From Ignicoccus hospitalis KIN4/I (GTDB taxonomy: Archaea; Thermoproteota; Thermoprotei_A; Sulfolobales; Ignicoccaceae), in contig NC_009776.1 in assembly GCF_000017945.1 (NCBI RefSeq), positions 780,001 to 812,000 of the forward strand: 32,000 bases of DNA. Reading direction: 5' to 3'. Shown piece after piece: positions 8,436 through 15,856 of the stretch. The notes below the pieces were generated by a model. That model was not told the DNA's origin. It did no database searches and saw only the letters and a list, made by a program, of their open reading frames with translations. Made by a program: the position numbers and the translations under genes. Numbering within the stretch: the stretch's first letter is position 1; each line of letters opens with the position of its first letter.

Positions 8436-10094
8436 TTGAAGCAGCTCGCCGCTCTGCTGATCCTGACCTCCTTGGCCTTCGGACTGAGCCAGTGCTACTC
8501 TCAAGTCCGCACGGTCGAGGTGCCGGTGGTGGGCGTAAGCCTCGGGCCCGGGGGAGAGGAGCGCGGGGTGGTCGGCACCTTACAAGTGACCGTCGCCTAC
8601 CCCGGGAAGGGCGAAATCTACGTCGCCTCCGAGCCCTTAACGGAGGTGGATACCCAAGGCGTCGCCCGCGTCGCCGTGCTCGTCGCCTCGGCCTTGGCAC
8701 ACAAGGACTGGACCAAGTACGACTTCTTCTTTAAGTTCAGGACGCCCAGCGTGATAGTTGGCGGCCCCAGCGCCGGGCTAGCGATGACCGTCGCGGCCTA
8801 CTCCGCCCTCACTGGGACCCCCCTTAGGGAGGACGTCGCCGGCACGGGCACGGTGGGGCCCGACGGGGTTGTCGGGCCAGTGGGAGGGGTTTACGCGAAG
8901 ATGGTCGCGGCGGCTAAGAGCGGTTACAAGGTGTTCGTGGTCCCTAAGGGAGAGGAAGTCGTTACGAGGAAAGTAGTAGAAACCGAGCCCCTGCCCTTCG
9001 GGATAGTACAACGCTTGAGGACTGAGAAGGTCAACTTGATAGAGGAGGGGAAGAGGCTGGGCGTGGAAGTAGTCCCGGCCGCAACGGCCTACGACGCCTT
9101 GAGGGTGTGGTTGAAGGGCGCGGAGCTGCCGGAGTGCAAGCCCGACGTCCGGCTGCCAGGGGACGTCTTACGACTGATGAGGGAGTGGAAGGAGCACTAC
9201 TTGAAGCTGTACGAGGGGGCCCGCTCCGAGGCCCGGAGGCTCACCCAAGAGTCCGTCGCCTTGCTCTCCGAAGCTGAAAGGATGGCTAGGGCAGCGGGCG
9301 AGGAAAAGGACCCGTACGAGGCCGTGAACTACGCCTTCACGGCCGCGATACTGGCCGAGGAGGCCAAGTGGTACGACGAGGTGGCCCTTAGCGGCTTCAG
9401 GGCGCTAGTGAAGCTCAGCGACGAGGTGGAGAGTAAAATAAACGAGGCCAATGCTACTATAATGAACAGCTTGACTTATGACGTTAACAAGTTGGATCCG
9501 CTCCTCACCGCGGCCACCAGGGTCCTAAAGGCTTACTACTTCTACCACGCCGCCTTGAACAGCACCGACTTGGGGAACATAATTTATTACTTGGTACTGG
9601 CTAAGTACTACTCCGAGGCAGCCAAGACTTGGATCGCGTTGACCTCTTTGGAGCCGCCGGGACCTAAGGCAGACCCGGAGGCCCTCTGGAGGGACGCCTT
9701 GGCGCTTTACTCCTCCGCCGGCGAGCTATTCGCCTACTACACCACCATAGGCTCTCAAGTGGGCGCGGTCCCCTCGCGCGAGCTCGAGGTGGCGGTGGGG
9801 GTTTACAAGGAGGCCAACGACATGCCGGCGATATACAAGCTGGCGGCCAGCACCTACTTGTCGGCCCTCGTCACCTACAGCCTCCACACAACTTACAACA
9901 TTTCCTCCGAGACCATGATAGACAAGGTGATGGCCGCGCTCAGCTGTAACGCCGCGCTGGCCTTAGACAGGGGGCTCAAGCCCTACGCGGCTGAAATATA
10001 TTACACGAGCGCCAGGGCGTCCGAGGGCGAGGCGGCCTTCTTATACGCCGCCCTAGCGTCCACGCACTTCTTACTGCTCTCGCTGTTAGCTTAG
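8436..10094 (+). CDS. secreted/membrane-anchored Lon-like S16 serine protease domain protein with long helical C-terminal domain
   Basis: Signal peptide MKQLAALLILTSLAFGLSQC. Lon proteolytic-domain motifs VGGPSAGLAMTVA (Ser) and GPVGGVYAKMVAAAKSG (Lys). About 350 aa of Ala/Tyr-rich helical sequence follows, then a C-terminal hydrophobic tail. Confidence 0.75.
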   Translation: MKQLAALLILTSLAFGLSQCYSQVRTVEVPVVGVSLGPGGEERGVVGTLQVTVAYPGKGEIYVASEPLTEVDTQGVARVAVLVASALAHKDWTKYDFFFKFRTPSVIVGGPSAGLAMTVAAYSALTGTPLREDVAGTGTVGPDGVVGPVGGVYAKMVAAAKSGYKVFVVPKGEEVVTRKVVETEPLPFGIVQRLRTEKVNLIEEGKRLGVEVVPAATAYDALRVWLKGAELPECKPDVRLPGDVLRLMREWKEHYLKLYEGARSEARRLTQESVALLSEAERMARAAGEEKDPYEAVNYAFTAAILAEEAKWYDEVALSGFRALVKLSDEVESKINEANATIMNSLTYDVNKLDPLLTAATRVLKAYYFYHAALNSTDLGNIIYYLVLAKYYSEAAKTWIALTSLEPPGPKADPEALWRDALALYSSAGELFAYYTTIGSQVGAVPSRELEVAVGVYKEANDMPAIYKLAASTYLSALVTYSLHTTYNISSETMIDKVMAALSCNAALALDRGLKPYAAEIYYTSARASEGEAAFLYAALASTHFLLLSLLA

Positions 10095-10783
10095 ACCTCT
10101 ACAAACCTCTTCACTATTTCTAAGAAGGTTAAGGCGTTTTTGTACATGTCGTCGTTGTTGAAGTACACGAAGGCTTCCCCTCCCACTCGGAGGACCTCCT
10201 TCGCGAGCTCCTCTAACTCCTCCTCTGAGTAGGAGTAGGCGTAAGGCGGCTTACCCCGGCCGTGTAGCCGGAAGTACGCGTAAGGCCCCGTCCTAGCGTA
10301 AACCTTGAACTTCGTGCTATCCACGCTGACGAAAGTGGCTTCCAACTCACCTAACCTTTTAATGTAATCTTCTCTGAACAGGTCTTCGTTCCTGAACTCC
10401 ACCGCGGCCCTCCGCCCCAAGGAGACGCTCTTCAAGAACTCCTCCAGTTTGGGAAAGTCCTTAGGCCCGAAGCTTGGGGGGAGCTGGAACAAGTAGAACT
10501 TGATTAAGGGGTCTAATGGTTTGAAGACCCTCTTGAACTCCTCCCACGCCTCGTAGCTGTCCGGCCCGAACCTCGAAACGTGGGTAATCCCCCTATACAC
10601 CTTGACGCTCCAGAGCAAGCCCGAGCCCTCCCGTGCCCACCTCTCCACGGCCCTCTCGCCGGGGACCCGGTAGAAGCTCGAGTTCAGCTCGACTGTGTCG
10701 AAGGGGGTGTTCTTCACGTACCCCCTCAAGCCTCCCCTGTTCCAGCGGTAGGCCCACCCGGAGGTGCCCACGTGCACTTTCAT
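10091..10783 (-). CDS. DUF72 (UPF0759) family protein
   Basis: HVGTSGWAY..W, ELNSSFYRVP and YFRLHG motifs are characteristic of DUF72. Confidence 0.8.
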   Translation of the reverse strand: MKVHVGTSGWAYRWNRGGLRGYVKNTPFDTVELNSSFYRVPGERAVERWAREGSGLLWSVKVYRGITHVSRFGPDSYEAWEEFKRVFKPLDPLIKFYLFQLPPSFGPKDFPKLEEFLKSVSLGRRAAVEFRNEDLFREDYIKRLGELEATFVSVDSTKFKVYARTGPYAYFRLHGRGKPPYAYSYSEEELEELAKEVLRVGGEAFVYFNNDDMYKNALTFLEIVKRFVEV

Positions 10784-10813
10784 GGCGACGCTGGGGCCCC
10801 TCCCTCGCTGGAA

Positions 10814-10821
10814 CTATAAAG
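10814..10821. promoter_or_regulatory. single TATA box centred between divergent DUF72 and transketolase genes
   Basis: CTATAAAG. The TATAAA core (10815-10820) is centred at 10817.5, the exact midpoint of the 68-bp intergenic spacer and 34.5 nt from each ATG (10783 and 10852). Confidence 0.5.
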
Positions 10822-10851
10822 GGCTTTGGTGGGTCCGGGGTGGGAGAAGTG

Positions 10852-11790
10852 ATGAACGAGTCGCCCCGTAACGCGTTCGGCGAGCAGTTGGTCAAGGAGG
10901 GGGAGAAGAGGAAGGACTTGGTGGTGCTAACCGCCGACGTGGCCGACGCCACGAGGACGAAGTGGTTCGCCGAGAAGTTCCCAGAAAGGTTCATCAATGT
11001 TGGCATTTCCGAACAAAACATGATAGGGATGAGTGCCGGCTTAGCGGCCGTGGGCTTCCAGCCGCTGGTGGCGGCCTTCGCGATGTTCTTGATGAGGGCT
11101 TGGGAGCAAGTTAGGAATACGGTCTGTAGGGCCCACGTTAACGTGAAGATAGTGGGCACCCACGCCGGCTTCTCCGACGCCGGCGACGGCTCCTCCCACC
11201 AAGTGCTAGAAGACGTGGCCCTCATGAGGACGTTGCCCTGTATGAGCGTGGTGGTGCCGGCGGACGCCACCGAGATAAGGAAGGCCTTGCCGGAGGTGTT
11301 GGACTACCCTACGCCAGTTTACATGAGGATAGGAAGAGACTACGGTCCTAAGGTGTACAGCGACAACAACTACGAGTTCAGAGTTGGGGAGGCGGTCTGG
11401 CTCAAGGACGGTTACGACTTCGCGATAATAGGCAACGGCCCCTTGCTGTGGGACGCCTTGGTGGCGGCCGAAAAGCTCGAGAAGGAAGGGACCAGCGTCG
11501 CAGTGATAAACATGCATACGGTGAAGCCTCTGGACACCAAGACGTTAGACAAAGTGGCGGGGAAGTACTCCGGCATAGTTACTGTGGAAGAGCACGGCGT
11601 CAGGGGAGGGCTCGGCTCGGCGGTGGCGGAGTACTTGGTCCAGACCTCTCCGGTGCCCATGGAGATACTCGGCGCCCGCTCGTTCGGAAAGTCAGCCCGA
11701 GACGTGAGACACATTATAATTGCGAACGGACTCGACTTTACCTCTATAATCAACGCTGTGAAAAGGCTCGAGAGGAGGGTTAGAAGATGA
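10852..11790 (+). CDS. transketolase, C-terminal (pyrimidine-binding plus C-terminal domain) subunit
   Basis: NAFGEQLVKEG, FINVGISEQNMIGMSAGLA, GTHAGFSDAGDGSSHQ and VYMRIGR motifs. The ORF-track extension back to 10633 overlaps DUF72 and lacks homology. Confidence 0.9.
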   Translation: MNESPRNAFGEQLVKEGEKRKDLVVLTADVADATRTKWFAEKFPERFINVGISEQNMIGMSAGLAAVGFQPLVAAFAMFLMRAWEQVRNTVCRAHVNVKIVGTHAGFSDAGDGSSHQVLEDVALMRTLPCMSVVVPADATEIRKALPEVLDYPTPVYMRIGRDYGPKVYSDNNYEFRVGEAVWLKDGYDFAIIGNGPLLWDALVAAEKLEKEGTSVAVINMHTVKPLDTKTLDKVAGKYSGIVTVEEHGVRGGLGSAVAEYLVQTSPVPMEILGARSFGKSARDVRHIIIANGLDFTSIINAVKRLERRVRR

Positions 11791-12833
11791 GCGAGAACCC
11801 GCTCGAGTCCCTTAAGGTTAAGAGGAGAGAACTCGACAAGCTCGATAAAGAGATATTAAGGCTGCTCAAGAGGAGGTTCGAAATCGTCAAGGAGATTACG
11901 GACACCAAGAAGAACTTGGGGCTTCCGGTTTACGACAGAGATAGAGAGGAAGAGGTGATGGTAACTAGGACGGTCTGGGGCTTGGAGCTGGGGATACCCC
12001 AAGAGTTCACTAAGGAGATGTTCAAGATGATACTGGAGGAGTCCAAGAAGATTCAGCTGTACACGCCGGAGAAGGTGTACGTCGGGATTTACGGCTACGG
12101 GGGCATGGGGGAGCAACTGGTGAAGGTGTTCTCCAGGGCGGGACACAGGGTGGTGGTCACCGGGAGGAACTTGGAGAAGGCCGAGGGGTTGGCGAAGAGG
12201 TTCAAGGTCGAGTGGGGGGAGCCGAAGGAGGTGGCGAAGGAGGTCGAGTGGCTCATACTGGCCGTCCCGCCCAAGGCCGTTCCCGGGCTGGTGAAGGAGT
12301 TAGCCCCCCTCATGAGGTCCGGAGCGCTCTTGAGCGACATATCGTCAGTAAAGAAGACGCTTGTAGAAGAGGTGCTAAAGGTCTTGCCAGAGTACATAGA
12401 GTACATCAGCCTCCACCCGCTGTTCGGCCCCGAAGTGGAGCCGCTGGGTGAGACGGTAGTGGTCGTGCCGGTGAAGAGTTACGACTACTGGGTCAGGCTG
12501 GTCCAGAACATATTCGTGTCGATGGGGTTTGAAGTTATCACGAGCACCCCGGAAGAGCACGACAGGGCTATGGCAGTCACCCAAGTCCTCCACCACTTCG
12601 CACTGGTCAGCTTGGACGAGGCTGCTAAGAAGCTGTCCAAAGAGTACGGGGTTGACTACATGAGGTACGCCACCAGGTCGTTCAAGAAGACGCTCGAGAC
12701 TATACAAAGATTGAAGGAGTTAAGCGAGGTCATAGATGAGATACAAGAGATGAACGAGTATGCCGCGCACGCGAGGGAGGAGTTCTTGAAGGTCGCGTCG
12801 CAAATGGACAAGAGGTGGAGGAAAGGCCGTTAA
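11787..12833 (+). CDS. tyrA: bifunctional chorismate mutase / prephenate dehydrogenase
   Basis: N-terminal AroQ-type helix (LDKLDKEILRLLKRRFEIVKEI...LPVYDRDREEEV). Then a Rossmann motif GIYGYGGMGEQL and a TyrA core (SDISSVK, HPLFGP). ATGA overlap with the transketolase stop. Confidence 0.85.
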   Translation: MSENPLESLKVKRRELDKLDKEILRLLKRRFEIVKEITDTKKNLGLPVYDRDREEEVMVTRTVWGLELGIPQEFTKEMFKMILEESKKIQLYTPEKVYVGIYGYGGMGEQLVKVFSRAGHRVVVTGRNLEKAEGLAKRFKVEWGEPKEVAKEVEWLILAVPPKAVPGLVKELAPLMRSGALLSDISSVKKTLVEEVLKVLPEYIEYISLHPLFGPEVEPLGETVVVVPVKSYDYWVRLVQNIFVSMGFEVITSTPEEHDRAMAVTQVLHHFALVSLDEAAKKLSKEYGVDYMRYATRSFKKTLETIQRLKELSEVIDEIQEMNEYAAHAREEFLKVASQMDKRWRKGR

Positions 12834-12866
12834 CTCCCGATTTTGTGCACACAATGGCGGAGAGAT

Positions 12867-13439
12867 GTGCACATACCGGACGGGTTCTTGAGCTCCCTTG
12901 GGTCGTGTCCACTTACGCCCTCACGCTGACTTACCTCGCCTACGCTTGGAGGAAGGCCAAGGAGTTCTTGAGTGAAGAGAAGTCGGCTTGGGCCAGCGCC
13001 CTCGCCTCGGCGATCTTCGCCGCGCAGATGCTCAACTGGCCCATCCCCGGAGGGCCCTCGCCGACACACTCTTCGGGCCGCGGATAGGAAGCTTGATAAT
13101 GGCCTTGGTTGTCAGCGTACAGTGCTTCTTGATCCGCGACGGCGGGATTACGGCGTTAGGCACCAACATATTCAACATGGGCATAGTTGCCGTGTGGACC
13201 GGCTACCTCGTCTACCGGTTAGGGCTTGGTGGGCGGAACTGGGGGTACTCTCCTAGCGGCCTTCTTGGCGGGCTGGCTGAGCATAGCGGTCGCCGGCGCG
13301 GTTGCTGGGCTAGAGATAGGCTTGAGCCCCTCCTTCCCCTACCGGGGCAGAGGTCACGTTACCAATAATGTTTGATTGGCACTTCTTGCTGGGAGCGGCG
13401 GAAAGGATAATCACAGCCTTGGTAGTTTTTACTACATGA
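12867..13439 (+). pseudogene. cbiM: cbiM-like ECF S-component (Co/Ni), disrupted by about 4 frame changes
   Basis: Homologous segments lie in different frames. (V/M)HIPDGFL is in frame 0 at 12867. ELPWVVSTYAL...AAQMLNWPIPGG is in frame 2. ALADTLFGP...RDGGITALGTNIFNMGIV is in frame 1. LLAAFLAGWLSIAVAGAVAGLEIGLS is in frame 2. FDWHFLLGAAERIITALVV is in frame 0. The TSGH metal-ligand segment after PIPGG appears to be missing. Confidence 0.8.
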
Positions 13440-13451
13440 CCACGCGCGCGG

Positions 13452-13737
13452 GTGGGAGCTGTGAGGGAGGTCTGGTACGTTATTTTGGTTATGCTCGCGA
13501 TGAGCCCGTTGTTCGGCGTGGTACTGGCGGACGCGGTGGGGGCTACCACGAGCCCTTGGACGTAGCCGCCGAGGCTTCGGGGCTCCAAGACGTTACGGAG
13601 AAGCTTAACTGGACGCCTCTGTTGGACTACACCGTGCCCGGTCCCCGGAGACCTTAGGGTACGCGGTCTCTGGCGCGATCGGAGTGGCAGCAGTATACTT
13701 GTTGGGCAAGCTTCTGTTCGACAAGGTTTTGGCAGGC
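13452..13737 (+). pseudogene. CbiN/PDGLE-like small membrane component, frameshifted twice
   Basis: The N-terminal TM (VWYVILVMLAMSPLFGVVLA) is in frame 0. GYHEPLDVAAEASG...PLLDYTVPG is in frame 2, after the G5 run 13528-13532. PETLGYAVSGAIGVAAVYLLGKLL is in frame 1, after the C4 run 13643-13646. Confidence 0.6.
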
Positions 13738-14199
13738 CTAACGGAGGCGACCGCGGAGGCTGCTAGGGCGCTCTCCTCCAGGAATGCGAGGCCCGAGGCG
13801 CCCCAGCTCTTCCTCGCCGCTGCTCTGGCCTCCACCGCCTTAGCCGCCAACGACCTCTTCCCCGCGTTGGTCGACATGCCCTTAGCTATTTACTTAATCG
13901 TTAGGAACGAATTTAAGAAAACGCTCTTGACTTTGTTGTTCTTTGACGTCGTCGTGTCAACCTCCTTGTTGTTCTCTCAACCCTTCAGAGCGTTGGACTT
14001 CGTGATTAGGAGTTTCTCGTACTCATCCGTTTTCATTTTCCTGACCTCGCTTACCGGGTGGAATGGCTTCGTCAGCTCCTTGCCCGTGCCGGCCAAAATA
14101 AAATTCATGATTAAGGTAATTCCCGTCCAAACGTACTTGAGCCTCAAGGAGCTCAACTCCTTGGTCCTCGCCAGGAAGGCTAGACCCTGGCCTCCCTAG
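13738..14199 (+). pseudogene. cbiQ: cbiQ-like ECF T-component remnant, shortened and fused in frame to the preceding remnant
   Basis: Hydrophobic segments and a CbiQ-like C-proximal motif (LPVPAKIKFMIKVIPVQTYLSLKELNSLVLARKAR). Only about 150 aa remain where about 230-260 are usual. Confidence 0.5.
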
Positions 14200-14230
14200 C
14201 GCTGTTGGGGGGTGAACGGCCTCGCTGTGC

Positions 14231-14984
14231 TTGTGGGACGCTTGGTTCGGGTATGAGGGTTACGTCTTGAAAGGCGCCAACGCGTGCGTCAAGAGGAACA
14301 CCTTAACTGTCGTAGTAGGCCCAATGGGGTCCGGAAAGAGCACCCTACTCTACGCCCTCGCGGCCCTCTTGCCTCTAGAGAGGGGCTCGGTCACGGTCGA
14401 CGACAAGCCCTTCTCTCAAGCGGACAGGAGGAGGGCTGGGATACTCTTCCAGAACCCTGACGACCAACTCTTCAACGCCACAGTTTACGATGATGTGGCC
14501 TACTCCCTCCGGACCGCGGGGGCGGACGAGGCGGAGGAGAGGGCGTTGGAAGTGTCCGAGAGGCTGGGGGATAAGGGACCTCTTGGGCCGCAACCCCTTC
14601 AAGCTCAGTTACGGCCAGAAGAAGCTGGTGGCGCTGGCCTCGGTGGCGGTTTACGACCCCGAGTCCCTCTTGTTAGATGAGCAAACAGCCAACCTGGACA
14701 AGGGATCTTATGAAATAATCACGTCATTTGTCGAAGAGGCCTTGGAATCCGGCAAAGGGGTCTTCGTCGCTTCTCACGAGCCGGACTGGGCCTCGGTGGC
14801 GGACGAGGTGTACGCGATGAGGGACGGTGAGCCGGTGAGGGTTGACACATTGGGAGCCTTAAGGGAGCTCCCCTTGCCGCCCTCCTGGCTAGCCTTGTTG
14901 GACATCTTCGGGGAGAAAGCTTTGGATATAGTAAGGGAGAAGAGCCCCTTGGGAAGGGGGAAGCTGGTTAGAGAGACGAGCTGA
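14231..14984 (+). pseudogene. cbiO: cbiO/ecfA-like ABC ATPase with a +1 frameshift in a G5 run and degenerate motifs
   Basis: Walker A GPMGSGKSTL and Q-loop ILFQNPDDQLF are in the 14231 frame. After the G-run 14566-14570 the homology continues in the 14490 frame. The signature there reads LSYGQ (not LSGGQ) and Walker B reads LLLDEQ (not DEP). Confidence 0.8.
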
Positions 14985-15009
14985 ACGTGCCATCGTGTTG
15001 CTGTTCTAT

Positions 15010-15257
15010 TTTCTAACTCTCTTGTGGAATTCCACAGATCAACATTGGGGCTCAGGGCGACCGAAACCGCGTTTGGCATTCAACCCTCTTTTGAGACTTC
15101 ACCCGGGAATAGCGGGTTGAGTGACTGGGTATTGGCACGACCTTTCTATCCTCTCTTGAGACTTCACTCAAGGGTGTTACTCTTATTGAGTGAACACCAT
15201 GTACCAACATCGGATTAACTTCTCTTACGACCTCTCTATCCTCTTTTGAGACTCCGC
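15010..15257 (-). repeat. four diverged 25-nt direct repeats, CRISPR-like (no cas genes in window)
   Basis: Copies at 15010-15035, 15078-15102, 15143-15167 and 15233-15257. The three best are 21/25 identical to their neighbour. Copy ends are spaced 67, 65 and 90 nt. The reverse complement of the best copy is GTGAAGTCTCAAGAGAGGATAGAAAG. Confidence 0.45.
15201..15220. repeat. left arm of a 20-bp inverted repeat
   Basis: gtaccaacatcggattaact. Its reverse complement matches 15857-15876 at 19 of 20 positions. Confidence 0.85.
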
Positions 15258-15408
15258 CGGGCCCTTCCGTGTAAGACTCCCGGATCTTTACCTTAAAAGG
15301 ATTGCGTTCTACCGTTTGTATTGCAGTATCGATCCGGTTACGACATTCTATATTCTTGCCCTAGATCTCTAACGTTACTGGAGATCATGTTGAGATCATG
15401 AACTCCCT

Positions 15409-15414
15409 AAAAAA
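15409..15414 (-). terminator. oligo-T (T6 on minus strand) downstream of the small ORF
   Basis: The plus strand reads ccctaaaaaaggag. Archaeal terminators are oligo-T tracts. Confidence 0.35.
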
Positions 15415-15455
15415 GGAGGGAAATGGAGGAACATACAGCTATGTTCGCAAAGCCC

Positions 15456-15746
15456 TTACAGAGCTGACTTAACCAGCTTGCAGAGCGCGAGCGCCAGTCG
15501 GAGGTCGCGTACCACCTTAGGTACGAAGGAGAACCACTTACTGCTGGAAAGTATGGAGTGGCATAAGGCGTCGACGACGTTTAAGATGGTTTCGACATCA
15601 TCCGAGCCGAGTACTAAAGTGATTACAGCGATTGTGAGGCAGAGCGCGATGATGATTGCAATGATTATGAAACAGAGTAAGCGGAGCGCGATGATGATTG
15701 CTAGCAGCTTAAGTATCTCCTCTGGCGACTGGGAGGAGAATTTCAT
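15456..15746 (-). CDS. possible small hydrophobic protein (96 aa from ATG; the ORF extends to TTG at 15773)
   Basis: ATG 15746 is preceded by GGTGGGGAGA (Shine-Dalgarno-like). There is a long hydrophobic core (LLAIIIALRLLCFIIIAIIIALCLTIAVITLVLG). A T6 run lies about 40 nt downstream. It sits in low-GC DNA and no family was recognised. Confidence 0.35.
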   Translation of the reverse strand: MKFSSQSPEEILKLLAIIIALRLLCFIIIAIIIALCLTIAVITLVLGSDDVETILNVVDALCHSILSSSKWFSFVPKVVRDLRLALALCKLVKSAL

Positions 15747-15856
15747 TCTCCCCACCGGGTAGGCGTTGTTCAATGTTTGTTCGGCGTCGTTCTCGTTGTC
15801 CGCTTACCGTCGTCCGCTTCCCTGACCCTTACGTGTCCCTCTTGCATGTCTTGTGC

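Noticed and set aside
8359-8734. Arg-rich ORFs of 113 aa (minus strand) and 107 aa (plus strand) overlapping the thiDN end and the start of the Lon-like gene.
   Set aside because: Their composition is low-complexity (runs of R, P and G), typical of off-frame readings of GC-rich coding DNA. The third frame encodes a well-supported signal peptide and Lon domain.
10593-11270. A 225-aa minus-strand ORF, and the 10633-10851 N-terminal extension of the transketolase ORF.
   Set aside because: Both run antisense or off-frame through well-supported genes (DUF72 and transketolase). Transketolase homology begins at MNESPRNAFG (10852), directly downstream of a TATA box.
12815-13657. Track ORFs 12815-13087, 12988-13368 and 13376-13657 treated as independent small genes.
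   Set aside because: Each carries a consecutive piece of CbiM or PDGLE homology. They are fragments of frameshifted genes, not separate genes.
15023-15058. A replication-origin (ORB) interpretation of TGTGGAATTCCACAGATCAACATTGGGG. It shares TCCACAG...GGGG with crenarchaeal origin recognition boxes, and an A/T tract lies at 16026-16052.
   Set aside because: There is only one such element. The dyad order (TGGAA-TTCCA) is the reverse of the ORB TTCCA-N-TGGAA. No orc1/cdc6 or whiP gene is in the window. I found no inverted second ORB flanking the A/T tract. It would be worth testing only through marker-frequency data.
15643-15701. Two ATGATGA (C-box-like) motifs 42 nt apart on the plus strand.
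   Set aside because: No CUGA D or D' boxes follow (the sequence reads CTGG). The spacing is too long for an archaeal C/D sRNA. The motifs belong to a 17-nt duplication within the minus-strand hydrophobic ORF.
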